Of a DNA stretch of 64,000 bases, positions 24,081 to 35,365 are shown in pieces. The stretch's first letter is position 1; each line of letters begins with the position of its first letter. A program made the translations under genes and the position numbers. Location of the stretch: assembly GCA_946965045.2 (NCBI GenBank), contig OX337228.1, positions 3,410,001 through 3,474,000 of the forward strand. Reading direction: 5' to 3'. Origin of the DNA: Epithemia pelagica (Eukaryota > Protista > Bacillariophyta). A model generated the notes under the pieces. That model made no database searches, had not been told where the DNA came from, and was given only the letters and a program-made list of their open reading frames with translations.

Positions 24081-24385
24081 AGCAATGTCTGGGAAACCTT
24101 GACGAATATTCGATTGCCTCATAGGAACATCGGGCAACATAGCATAAGTATTGGTCTTTATTTAGTGATGTAAGCTGTCAGTTTCATTTTATTTTCGTCT
24201 CTTGTTGAGCTGGTAGCACTTTCCATTCGAAAGTTCACTTGAAGATGATTGTATGCATAGCCCTCAGTGACGGGTTTTGTTGCGATGCAAGACGACAAAG
24301 GTGCGGAGTCCCGGAGTGGAGACCGACAAAGATTTATAGTTGCTTGTACGCTTGTCTCAAAAGATTTCGTTTCTAATATACTTTC

Positions 24386-27300
24386 TCAGAACACAAGCTT
24401 TCTTTTCTTTGGATCTTTCTCTTGATCCCCAACAACCTTGGCGAAAAGTGAAGAGCGACCTTCGACATCAGGATTCTTCCTTTTGCTGGTTGCGGATGAT
24501 GCCGAAGAGGATGGCAATCCTGGTGACGACGCCATCAGGTTCAATCCCGATATAGCTTCTAGGTCATTTTCAGAGAGCGTCGAGGGGACGTGTCCATCCT
24601 TGAAAAGTACTTTTCTTCTCGAATTGACTGACTGTCCCGAGTGTGCCAAGTGCTGCATGGCGACCGTGTCCAGACTGTGAGCAGGCGGAGTTATTTCGGT
24701 CTGAGGAGACGAGTGTGGAGAAGGGCTAAACCCGACCATCTGGGATGTAGGTGGAAAGCTTGCAACCGATATGTTGCCCAATGCAGGGCTGGGTATTTTC
24801 GGCCAAAGTTGGGCTGGTGATGCCTGAAAAGCGGGTGAAAGTCCGATCTGGGTTCCGTCGGTGGAGAATATAGCGCCCTTGGTTGGATCCCGAGCTGGGG
24901 TTGTTCCTTGATCTTTCGTTTCCACGGCATCATCCACGTTTCTCGTTAGTTGGTGAACCGACCTCGTTGCTTTTTCGTCTACTGGCATTGGATCTGTTTC
25001 GGATTGCGACTGCTTTGCATGGTTGGGCTTTCCGTCAGACGCTTTAGAAACAGTCTCGTTTGAAACATCCGTCTCCTTCGTCTTCCTCAAAATTCCTGCC
25101 AAGAGACCAGCAGAATCGTTGGCATGTTCCGTACTACCTATCTCCTTTTTTCGTTTATCTGCTTCAAGTTTGGATGGAGACCGTGCTAGATCAACAGCCA
25201 TCGCGCTTGCAACCATATTTTCGGTCTTCATCAGCTCTTGCATTTGCTGCGACATTTGAGACCATCCTGTCGGACCTGTCGGATCTTCAGGAGATCCCTC
25301 CCGTGCCAACTTCTCGAATGCAGCGCGGGATTCATCTTCTGCTGGGTAGGTATCGTTATAATGCGGGGGTGGGATATGAACATAAGGAGAATAAGGAGGA
25401 TGGTGCGGATATGGGTACGGCGGTGGATACAGATGTGATGGAGAACCATACATGGGATATGGATAAGGGAAGGGATGAGGTGGATGATGAGGAGAGTACA
25501 TGTGAGGCGGAGGAATATGGGCAGTGGCTGAAGATGAAACATTTGCATCTGCCTCTGAAACACCAGCTTTGACTTCGGGGACGCTCTCAACTGGTTTGGT
25601 ACGTCCAGTTTTCACAGAAGGTTGTGACTTCACGGTTGGGGTGTGGCTGTGGGTAGATTCGTGAGTTGGGGGTCTCGTCTCAAGTTTCTGCTGGACAGAA
25701 ATACTCTTAGTATTGTCCGGCACCGTCGGAGCACGAACAGCGCTCTCCTCAAGACTCTTGAGGTATTCACGTTTGTTGGATCTTTCCACTGTTGACTTCA
25801 CTCGTCTCTCCAAAACCTGATACCTCTTTCTGAGGTGTCCGCGATCTCTGTGAGGAATCAGACGGGATCCAAGCTCGGCCCACATATGTCCCGTAATTGG
25901 AACAGCCTTGAGAAGCGTGAGATCCTCCTCCAGACTCCATCGATGAACGTTGAGGACAGCTGGCGCTGGCACTGGTTTGAGTCTACTCATGGAAGTCTCG
26001 TCAATGTCATCACTAGATTCGTGTTTCGGAGGCTTCTCCAAACGCCCTTCCGAATCAATTAAAATTCCGTTTGCTTTATACATAAGAACACAAAGCTTGC
26101 TGTACCGTTGTGAGATGATGTTCGTTGATCTCTCAGGAAGAAAGCGATCAGCAATCAACATCCACTGCTTTTCACCATAGAGATTTACTCCACGAAGGAC
26201 AAGATTATCTTCGCCGGCAGTGAACAGGTTTCTATTTCGTCGGCAGGCTGACTGCTGCTTCTCGTTGCACGGTGGTTTGAAGTTTAGCCCTAGGAACTCC
26301 TGTGGATCACTCAAGTTCTCCGAAACATCTCGGTTACCTGGAAGCAACGATGCATCAAAACTCTGCTGGGTAGCGTTCAGAACGTACTCACATGCCTCCT
26401 TATTTGATTCAATTTCGAGCAACTGGGGTTGGTCATTGTTTTCATCATGTTGGACGCTTCGGTCAATGAGAGCAAACGTATCGTCTAGTTTCAAGAGTCC
26501 TCCAATGTCGAATACTGTGTTCCCCACCCTTTCATGAATGCCTTGCTCAGCAAGCTTTCGCTGAAACTTAGAGCGAGTCAGTCTCATCTCTAACGTAGGG
26601 TCGCGAATTTTCCAAGGTTCGGCGCCAGTGGTATCTTTCAGTATGATGTTGCCGTCTTTCGCACGACTACCACGACGACTGGGTCGCCTCAGTTTGTGGC
26701 CTTTCCAAGAGTTGAACTGAAGCGAAAACCGAATTGCATCTGTTTGATTCTGCCTGAGATCATGGAGCAGACCAACTGCCGCGTCTAAAATTTCCACCAG
26801 GTCATCAGCAGTTTCACCTCCTGCCAGAAAATCAGTTCTATCGGTACGGCTTCGATGGTACTTTTGATAATGCGCGGCACGAACTGTCAGCACAGCTTGC
26901 TGTACAAGAAGCTGGTAGTGCTGTTGTAGCATTAAGGATATTTGTTTGTATTGATCGTTGGATACAACGCTTTTGTGTTTGAAAGGGAAGCTTGCAGCTC
27001 CGCTTCTTTGTCCAAGGATGTATCCTCCAGTTTGCCTTTTGCCTTTAGATCCCGTATCTGATCCTTCCCCCTTGGAATCCCTTAATGGAGATAGCTCAGT
27101 CACCGATGTACCATCACCGCTTGATCCGTGATCTAACAAAGATGCCACAGCAGCTTCGATGTCTTCTTCCTCTAGCCATCCCAGCTCCTCCGCAAGTTCT
27201 CTGTACAGTGCATCCTCAGAGCTGTCATGAGATACTGAAGACATGCAAGTAGCCTGAGTTCCTTCGACAGAGTTTCCGAAACTCGGATCAAGTTTCGCAT

Positions 27301-28312
27301 CAGCGATAAGTTTCGACGAATGTTCCTCGACACCATTTTCGACGTTGTCGTCGTCATCCTCCTCCTCCTGCTCTTCATCATCAATTTCATCCATTATGTT
27401 GTATTCATCTTCATCGTCATCTTGGAAAAGGTTGAGTACATCCGCAACCTTAAGGTTGAGTCCCTTCACCAAGCGATCGTAGTCATCGAGATCTTCATCC
27501 TCCAAAAGTCGTTCTGCAGTCAACGATGTTGCCTTCATCTGTTCTTGATCGTCTTTCTCAACTGAGAACGTTAATCCACTTTCCGTGCTTTCCTTCGCCA
27601 TGGGAGGTTTCTGTCCTGTAGTGTCTCGAGTGTCGGAGACCCGATTCTCAGGTTGCGGCATATGGGCTCGAGAGGGATTTCCGGGAGGCTTCGAGAACAC
27701 AGGGGGTTGCCGCGTGTGATACGTGTGATCTTGAGGAGGATATTGATATGAGAACGGAGGAGGAGGTGGCAGAGAGGTCGGCTTCTTAGCCGATCCTTTC
27801 GTGGATGTTGACGCCCCTGGACCATATTGATGCGGTGGTGGATGTTGGTAGTATGGATGCACGGGCGCAGAATGATGGTAGCCAGGTGGCACTGGTACAG
27901 GATGTTGGTAGAGGTGATAGGGATAGTGGCCGGGAGGAGGATACGGTTGATGATGTGGATGGTGCGGGTGCATTGGAGGCTTGACATGACTATATTGACT
28001 GGTTTGTGGCTGCGCGACTTTGGAGTTTGCATGATTCGATTTTTGTAACGGTTTTTGTTGTGGAAGTCCTTTGCGCCATGCTGGGACACGCTTCTTGCTT
28101 GAGGTTGTTGACGACAAAGCATATGCTCGCGCGGCAGCCTTGATTTCTTCCAGTGATTTTTTGGGAGCTGGTTCAGAGGGATTAATTTCATTGGAACTGC
28201 TTGTAGCAGCGACATTCGTTACTTTCGTGGTTGAGGATATATCCTTGTCGCGAGAATCGCTTTCACCCACCGACTGCCCACGTGTGGTTTCTTCCACATG
28301 TTTATCTCCCAT
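24386..28312 (-). CDS. Two-SANT/Myb-domain nuclear protein, GON4L/YY1AP1-like
   Basis: FTAGEDNLVLRGVNLYGEKQW..I..RFLPER and WSLEEDLTLLKAV...W..L...L.PHRDRGHLRKRY, preceded by QYKQISLMLQQHYQLLVQ; 1308-aa ORF. Confidence 0.8.
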   Translation of the reverse strand: MGDKHVEETTRGQSVGESDSRDKDISSTTKVTNVAATSSSNEINPSEPAPKKSLEEIKAAARAYALSSTTSSKKRVPAWRKGLPQQKPLQKSNHANSKVAQPQTSQYSHVKPPMHPHHPHHQPYPPPGHYPYHLYQHPVPVPPGYHHSAPVHPYYQHPPPHQYGPGASTSTKGSAKKPTSLPPPPPFSYQYPPQDHTYHTRQPPVFSKPPGNPSRAHMPQPENRVSDTRDTTGQKPPMAKESTESGLTFSVEKDDQEQMKATSLTAERLLEDEDLDDYDRLVKGLNLKVADVLNLFQDDDEDEYNIMDEIDDEEQEEEDDDDNVENGVEEHSSKLIADAKLDPSFGNSVEGTQATCMSSVSHDSSEDALYRELAEELGWLEEEDIEAAVASLLDHGSSGDGTSVTELSPLRDSKGEGSDTGSKGKRQTGGYILGQRSGAASFPFKHKSVVSNDQYKQISLMLQQHYQLLVQQAVLTVRAAHYQKYHRSRTDRTDFLAGGETADDLVEILDAAVGLLHDLRQNQTDAIRFSLQFNSWKGHKLRRPSRRGSRAKDGNIILKDTTGAEPWKIRDPTLEMRLTRSKFQRKLAEQGIHERVGNTVFDIGGLLKLDDTFALIDRSVQHDENNDQPQLLEIESNKEACEYVLNATQQSFDASLLPGNRDVSENLSDPQEFLGLNFKPPCNEKQQSACRRNRNLFTAGEDNLVLRGVNLYGEKQWMLIADRFLPERSTNIISQRYSKLCVLMYKANGILIDSEGRLEKPPKHESSDDIDETSMSRLKPVPAPAVLNVHRWSLEEDLTLLKAVPITGHMWAELGSRLIPHRDRGHLRKRYQVLERRVKSTVERSNKREYLKSLEESAVRAPTVPDNTKSISVQQKLETRPPTHESTHSHTPTVKSQPSVKTGRTKPVESVPEVKAGVSEADANVSSSATAHIPPPHMYSPHHPPHPFPYPYPMYGSPSHLYPPPYPYPHHPPYSPYVHIPPPHYNDTYPAEDESRAAFEKLAREGSPEDPTGPTGWSQMSQQMQELMKTENMVASAMAVDLARSPSKLEADKRKKEIGSTEHANDSAGLLAGILRKTKETDVSNETVSKASDGKPNHAKQSQSETDPMPVDEKATRSVHQLTRNVDDAVETKDQGTTPARDPTKGAIFSTDGTQIGLSPAFQASPAQLWPKIPSPALGNISVASFPPTSQMVGFSPSPHSSPQTEITPPAHSLDTVAMQHLAHSGQSVNSRRKVLFKDGHVPSTLSENDLEAISGLNLMASSPGLPSSSASSATSKRKNPDVEGRSSLFAKVVGDQEKDPKKRKLVF

Positions 28313-28444
28313 TCTGTGAGACTCCTGACATTGAATTCTTCGGAAGCCGAAGACGAGAAATCGGTCACTGCCCCTAATCAGATCATGCGCGAGAAAAGTG
28401 CTGTATCTTTCTCCTCAGCACTTGCCTGTTTGGACTTTGTGGAT

Positions 28445-28620
28445 TGCTTGTTTGCTGGTTGTCTGTTGCTTGTTGCTTGTTGCTTGTTCTGCTTGTTGTT
28501 TGTTGTTTGTTGTTTGTTGTTTGTTGTTTGTTGTTTGTTGTTTGTTGTTTGTTGTTTGTTGTTTGTTGTTTGTTGTTTGTTGTTTGTTGTTTGTTGTTTG
28601 TTGTTTGTTGCTTGTTGTTG
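28445..28620. repeat. Heptamer tandem repeat (TTGTTGT)n with degenerate TTGTTGC copies
   Basis: Period-7 array visible directly; it produces the spurious CCLLFVV and TTNNKQQ ORFs. Confidence 0.95.
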
Positions 28621-29176
28621 GGTCCGAGTGTCGAGGCCCGTACCGACCGTGACTCGTCTCTTTCACTTCCATTCGGACATCATTTTCAAACTGGCGCGCG
28701 CCGAAAATGAAGTCAAATCTCAAATTCTGACTACACTTCAGCGTGAGAGCTCAAAGTATCCCACAATGTTTCTACTAGTGATACATCGCTTATAGCCTTT
28801 GGGGGAGTAGTGTTTAAACCGGCGCGCCATTATTTCACGGGATATCAATATATATTTTTCAACATTCATACTCGTCGTACAACAGGTACGTAATAATATA
28901 AAGTATACGAAGAAGAGTACCTTGGTTGCTCAATACAAAAATATGTATGGATCTGTATGTACGGATATCGTTACAAGTACGACGATCGCGCATCCAAGAT
29001 CCAGAGTCCCGTTGAGGCCATTCCCACGAAAACTCCAAACGACCCGGATTTGACGTCACATTTACGTCTTATTTCCGGGTTCAATGCCATATCACAATTC
29101 ATACTGTCGAGATTGTAAATTCTGTGACAAAGTAGGAAAAATTCGCGCTTCTTCGTGCAGTGGTTCGTTTGCGTAA

Positions 29177-29667
29177 GGCCGTTCCTTGATATTCTGCAAA
29201 AACAAAAATCGACACATGACATCACCTTTTTGTAGACAATTGCGCGACACGCCGTCCTTTGGCATTTACAAAACCAAAACCTATAACCGCACTTTTTCCC
29301 CCAAGGCCCCCAATAGTCCCCATATTCACTTTGATGATTTGAATACTACAATTATCAAAGTAAGACATTAGGAGGACGTTCCGTCTTCCTCTTCATTGAG
29401 GTTAGGGGGACCGTTGAAGTCGAACGCGCGCCGTTCAAAAAATCCTAAACCGTCATTTTTGTTTCTGTAGGCCCAATGTACACTAGCAAAAAGAAAGCAC
29501 TATCCCTAATGTCTGTTCAGCTTTTGCCGGCCTGCAAAAGTTGGACCCAACTTTTGCAGCCTCAAAAGCTGAAACAGCGTCGAACCCGGATTTGACGCCA
29601 TATTTCCGGGTTTTTTGTGACGTGTCACCCTCCAACTTTTGTTTTTGCAGAATATCAAGGAACGGCC
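29177..29667. mobile_element. Tourist-type (PIF/Harbinger) MITE, 491 bp
   Basis: 31-bp perfect TIRs starting GGCC (29177-29207, 29637-29667) with a TAA target-site duplication on both sides. Confidence 0.92.
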
Positions 29668-30344
29668 TAAGTCGATTGTCCAGGCCATTGTGACAGTCCT
29701 ACTAATTGTCCATTGTCGAAAGAGCCATCCTCTAGATCATCTTTGGTTTGATTGTTGTTTGATGCCCCAACCCGTTCTTTAACCCAAACAAGATAGGGTA
29801 GATGTGCATACTGAAAGCCCCAATACGTCAGAATGGGTGAAGTCTAACGATGCATAATTTTCAGACTACCTCTACTACTAGAGGTAGGGGAAGCTTTCGA
29901 TGAGCGAGCTACGGATACTCAGCTAATCCTAGGTGGAGGCGGAGGGGACAAACGAGCGTTGAGCATACTCCCCTCATGATATCCGTATGCTGTTGGTTAG
30001 ATGTGACGCCCAGTTCGTTCCCACTTCCCACCATGAATTGTGCGGCAACCTTAGGTATACTACTCGTATTGGTGTGAGATGTCAGATATGTCACGTGACC
30101 AAGGTCCATGATAGGTGCCACTCGTTCCCCCTACGAGTACTAACTAGAGGAGCTACTACTTATAAGGAGTAGGTTTTTGTCACGAGCATCTGACTTGCTC
30201 TTCACTCCTTCGCAACTTTCGCACTCGCTCTTTTCTTTTTTGCGGTGTCGACTGTGAATTGACTTCGCGCATGGTGATAGAGCGGTAGACTGGGATTTCA
30301 GACAGACTTGACTTTGTGACTGTAGCGACTAGCGACAGCGTAGC

Positions 30345-30926
30345 ACCAAGGTTGCAAGTTCGTCGCGTCACCGACCCTCGGCCTGACGTGACGAGTTTGA
30401 CGAATGACGAGCTGCTGACGAACTAGACGAAATGTCGTCACCCCCTCGCCGAACTGGGAAACACAATGCAGACAGAAAGCAACATGGTAGTAATTGGAAA
30501 AGGTGGTAAACTTTCTTCTTCTCTACTCTGTCATCGATGCCCTGGTTTCTATTTCCCTCCTCTTCTTCCTCGTCGTCGTCTGCCGGGTCAGGTTAGTAGT
30601 CTTCGTCAGCAGCAGCAGTACCAGCACCGGCACCGCCGGCACCTGCGTCGTCATCTTCATCCGTCAAGGTCATCACCACTACCAAGTCTGTAGGGATTGA
30701 TGGTGCACCTTCATTGATGTGTGCCTCCATGTTTCACTTTTTAAAGTGTTTTTGAGCTTCTCTCGCCGTATCTGATCGCTATCAAAGAACTTCGGCGAAG
30801 TTTCTATGAATATCTTTTTTCGTCATCGTCATGTCAGGGGCCGATGGGCTGACGTGACATGGCCCGTTTTTCGTCATGTCAGGTGACGAAATGGATTTGT
30901 GACGCCGTCACAGTAGCATCCTTGGT
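30345..30926. mobile_element. Probable non-autonomous DNA transposon, 582 bp
   Basis: 11-bp IR accaaggwtgc, AGC on both flanks, and clustered subterminal cctgacRtgacga motifs in opposite orientation at the two ends. Confidence 0.5.
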
Positions 30927-31642
30927 AGCACCGCAGGACGGGAGGAATCGGAAACCGGATGCCCCGAATCCCGAAATCGATATGGATATCGACCATCAAA
31001 CATCTAACAGAAGAGCAAGAGCCACTCCCCCAAGATTAAAGAATGTTCCATAGGCAGCACTTGGTACCCCAAGTCGCGCGCATGCATCTCTTTTGGGCTG
31101 TCTCGACCATCTCAGAAACCCAAAAACTCACTATAGGCGAAACAGTGCAAAGAGTTTTTAGTTAAATACAACCCGATCCCAGACCCAAAAACCACTCTTG
31201 AGCATCTCCTCTCCATTGGATGCCCAAAACGAAGTCCATTGTATCCATGTAACGCTGATGTTAGTATCCAAAATCCTTCTTCTATGTATCTCCTTTGGAT
31301 TCCCGACCTTAGATCAGAGTTACCGGTCCAGCATTCGTGTTGCAAAGCCCAACGGAAACCCCCTCCAATTTATGAGAATAGAACCACTGCCGTGCTCGGC
31401 CTCCTCCCGAGCTGGACCATTCGTAACATTACTTTTTATATATCTACAAAGACAGCATACACCACTTAGTCGCACATTAATCGACATTTCTAAACTCTCC
31501 CTTTCTTATCCTAACGATTGGGCCTCTCTCTCATCTTTTGAGAGATGGACGAATGTAGAATGACCCCTCCCTCGTCTCTTTTACCTACAAGACATAGAAG
31601 CACTGTTTTGGTCGTCACTGATCTTATTGGATCCAAGCAACC

Positions 31643-34600
31643 ATGGCTCCTCAGCCAAAAGATGCCACACAAGGCGTCAAGGCACCTCCTGCACCCGTCC
31701 GTCGTTCCTCTCGTATCATCGAGGATCTTCCACCGTCGCCCAGCATGCAGACAAGAGCGATGAGAAGACAGAATGGAACGACGGTTGACAACAGTTTTAC
31801 CGAAAGGAAGAGGATGGCAAAAATACGACATACCTTCAAGCACCACTTCAAAAAACCTTGCTCTGTCTTTGGGCTTGAACGCGAAGCCCGATACCGAGGT
31901 GGATTTTTCTTTTGCTTGAATTGTGAACATGCCGACAACAAAGAAAAGGCATCTCCACATCTCTATGTCAATCGGTTCTCGGGTCTTTATGGCTGCAAAG
32001 CGTTCCACAAGAATGTGATCTTTCCCACCGATCGCAAGACAGATGAGAAGAAACGACAAGAAAAAAAGAAACAAGAAGAAAAGAGAAAGAGGCAACAAAA
32101 GAAACTCGCTGCTCTGAAAGGACTGCAAATTGAAACATCGCCATTGAAGAAGATGAAGAAATGCAATACTCCGCCATCCCCCAGTCAAATCTCCAAAGAA
32201 CCATCCACTCAATCCAGTCCATCGCCCAACACAACACCCAAGAACCCTCCCGTTGTTGCCCCACCTGACGATGCAAATTCTCCAAGACCGTCATCACCTC
32301 AAGTTACTGTTGAAGTTACAGACGGCCCCACCCCATCTCCCTCGAAAGATGATAGCGATAAGAAAGAAGCTGTCTCAACAAGGTTGACACCGACTGTGGA
32401 TACTGGGGCACGTACCCCCACAGAAATGGCAGAAACAGTCAGAATGTACTCCATTCCGTCGAATCTCTCTCACCTTGATGACAACGACGATGGAATTGAA
32501 TCAGACCGTATTCCTGACGATGATTTCCTTCCAGATTCCATAGATAATCCTGATGTATCTTAAGTCAACTCCCGCAACCCCTCTGATCCAACTCGAGGAA
32601 TGACCATTCCACAGATCTTGGATAGAGAAGAGAGTTCCATTGCTCCCACTCCAACCTCCCCGGACCAGCAAGAAGAGGAACGAAAGAAGTACACTGTTTC
32701 TCTTGTAAATGGACTTCTCTTGCAAGTTGAATCATTGAAAGTGAAACTTTCCAAAGAAGGTGAGAAGAACGCAACGCTCAAACGTCGTCTACAAGAACAA
32801 CGGTCCAAGAACAAAGCCTGACTTGACAGGATCTATTACCTCGAGAAACGCGCCCAAACCAATAGCTCTAAGGAGCTAAAGATTGTTCCAAAGAGTATTT
32901 CCAACGAGGAGAATGCGGAGATGATTGTTCGGCACATCAAGGAAGTGATAAAGGCATCTGTCAAGAACCACCAGATTGGAAGCCAGCGTTCGGACAAATT
33001 TTTTCGGATGCTCACTAACATGCTCATGAAGGACAACCTTCATGGCACACAGGCACGCAATATAATTGTAAAAGCTGTATCAAAACATTTACGTGATACA
33101 TGTCTTTCTCCCTTCAATCTTCTCCGTGAGATGGACATGAGTGGAGGTGTTCTGAGCTTATCCGGTTTGGAACTACTTCGGAAATGCGAGACCAATGGGA
33201 AAAAGGGAAAGCATACTCTAATCCCCAGTGCAGCAGCGATGAAGAAAGCCCAACAAGAAATAGAAAACTTCGCCGACAGTATTGTTCCGTTCCATACCAT
33301 CCGTAACACCAAAGACGGTTCGGAGGGATTCATCTTTCGTGGTGCAGACTCAATGACTGGAATTCTCCGGACGAACAATGCTTTGGATGGTCCGGCAAAG
33401 GAGCGAGAACACACTGTTGCCTCTACAATGGATGGGGCTGGTCTTACGAGATCTCTCCAACACACTCTAGGGGGATTAAAGTACAACGACGATTCAAACC
33501 CGCTTCAACGATCCCAGGCGGCTTGTGTACCTACCTGCTGCATCATTGGTCGGGAGAAGAAGAACACGGTACGAGGAATATTCTCTCGGGTTTTGAAGGA
33601 AAACAAAGAGGCAGCGGAGAAGGTCCTACCAAAAGCCTACGGCATCAAGAAAGTGTACAATCCACTAAATGCTGACATGGCATGTGACATGAAAGTAGCC
33701 GACAAAGGAGGTGCGGTCAAGGTAGCTAAGTTCCCTTGCGCGAAATGCCACATATCGAGTGACAACCTGACCAAAGGTCTAGGTTCACCCGAAGATTGTA
33801 AGTGGTGTGAGCATATGGGATACACCGAAACGGAAGAGGACTGGGTCTGTCGCCATTTTCCAATCTGCACTGGAGACTACGTGAGTGTACGCAAAGAAGA
33901 GATGGACAAATATGAGAAAGACATGCCGCATGTCACTAAACAGATTGAGACTATTTGGAAGAAATCTAAAATCCACATGACCAAGGCTATGGATCCACGA
34001 ATGCCTGATGACGATCTACAGAGAAGCACGATCACGTCCATCCATTTTGATGTCTCGTCAGCGTCCCAACAATCCAAGACAAAGTACTCTGGGTTTCTAC
34101 GAAAAGACCTGGAACTCCGGAAGTTGTCGACATTGGGAGATGTTCTCCAACGTCAAGAGAGACTCTGAAAGCAATTGATCTCCGAATGGCAGTACGTGGA
34201 TTGTTGCGACTGCTTGCGTCTATTCGGGAAAGGATCGTTGTGCACAGCATTGGTCATGGTAATGGACGCCCTACCATGCGTACTGCGTATGGAGATGCGA
34301 ATGGGCCAGAAAATACTCACTATGTGTTTTCGAACTGGTTTGGCCAACGCAAAGAACAATCTACTTCCTTGGATTGAAATTGGTGCCCGTTCTTTGGTTG
34401 ACAAGCAGTGCAAGGCATTCCTGAGGGGCGTTCAAAAATGTATCAACACAGAAGTATTGGGGACTGGTGACTTAGCCTTCCAGTTCGAGATCCCATTTGA
34501 GAACACTACAAAGACTATTGGCGTAGTCTCAATGACCAATGTCCAGATTCGGAAACTCATAGCTGACATATCCAAGTTGGTCAATATGTGTATTGTGGAC

Positions 34601-35308
34601 GTCGAGGACAAGAAGCTATGGGACAGATGCATGGTGCACTACTCGGCGTCTTTTGATGTTCTCAAGATTTGGGAACGACTGTCGGACGAACAAATCTTCC
34701 AGTACCAGAAGCACGCGGACTTGTGGTACCGAGATTGGATCGACCTCTACGGTGACGACGGAATCACGAACTATGCCCACTACATCGGCAGTGGGCATAT
34801 TGGGGAGTATCTGTTACATTGGCGTAACCTGACGAATCACTCTCAACAAGGATGGGAAGCTTTTAACTCTGCCTTTAAAAGCTTCTACTTCAACCGAACG
34901 CAACGAGGTGGTGCCGTAAACAAGGGGCAGGGTCATAGGTCTCGGTTGCGTCCCATGGCACGATGGATCCAGAGACGCATGGTCTTCATACTCGGATACA
35001 ATCTAGAAACAATGAGAGCAGAAGTCAATGCACGAACACCCGCAGAAGAAGCCAAGTTCAAGACATGGGTGAAGGACAATGGGGGCACGATCGAATTTGG
35101 GCAACTCAATCGAAGTCGGACAACAGATCAGGCCAATGACGATTCCAAGGAGGAGGATGATGAAGACGATAATGAAATAAAGGAGTACCAATTCGACTGG
35201 GACGTTGGGGTCGAAGTCTTGTACGACCCACGCTTGGATGACACCAACGATTTGGATACGGACTCTGAAGAGTCCACTGACTGGGACGACGACTATGAAT
35301 CTGAGTAG
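31643..35308 (+). pseudogene. RAG1/Transib/Chapaev-like DDE transposase, 1221 codons, three in-frame stops
   Basis: Four track ORFs (31643, 32600, 32921, 34175) share one frame, separated only by TAA 32561-63, TGA 32819-21 and TGA 34166-68. Motifs STMDGAG, NADMAC...FPCAKC, PCVLR, TNYAHYIGSGH, SQQGWEAFNS; N-terminal CxxC...CxxxH cluster. Confidence 0.72.
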
Positions 35309-35365
35309 AAGTGAATAATGTTTAGTAGTTACGTTTGGATCGAATGAATGAGCATTGGCGTCCAT

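Noticed and set aside
28298-28795. ORFs 28298-28795, 28398-28652, 28415-28723 and 28444-28710 with CCLLFVV or TTNNKQQ repeats
   Set aside because: Translations of a stop-free heptamer repeat; no coding evidence.
31049-31070. RSS heptamer/nonamer (CACAGTG) or CACTA termini, or P-element assignment from the CATAG start
   Set aside because: No CACAGTG or CACTA at the candidate ends, no 7-8 bp TSD, and the protein motifs do not match P transposase.
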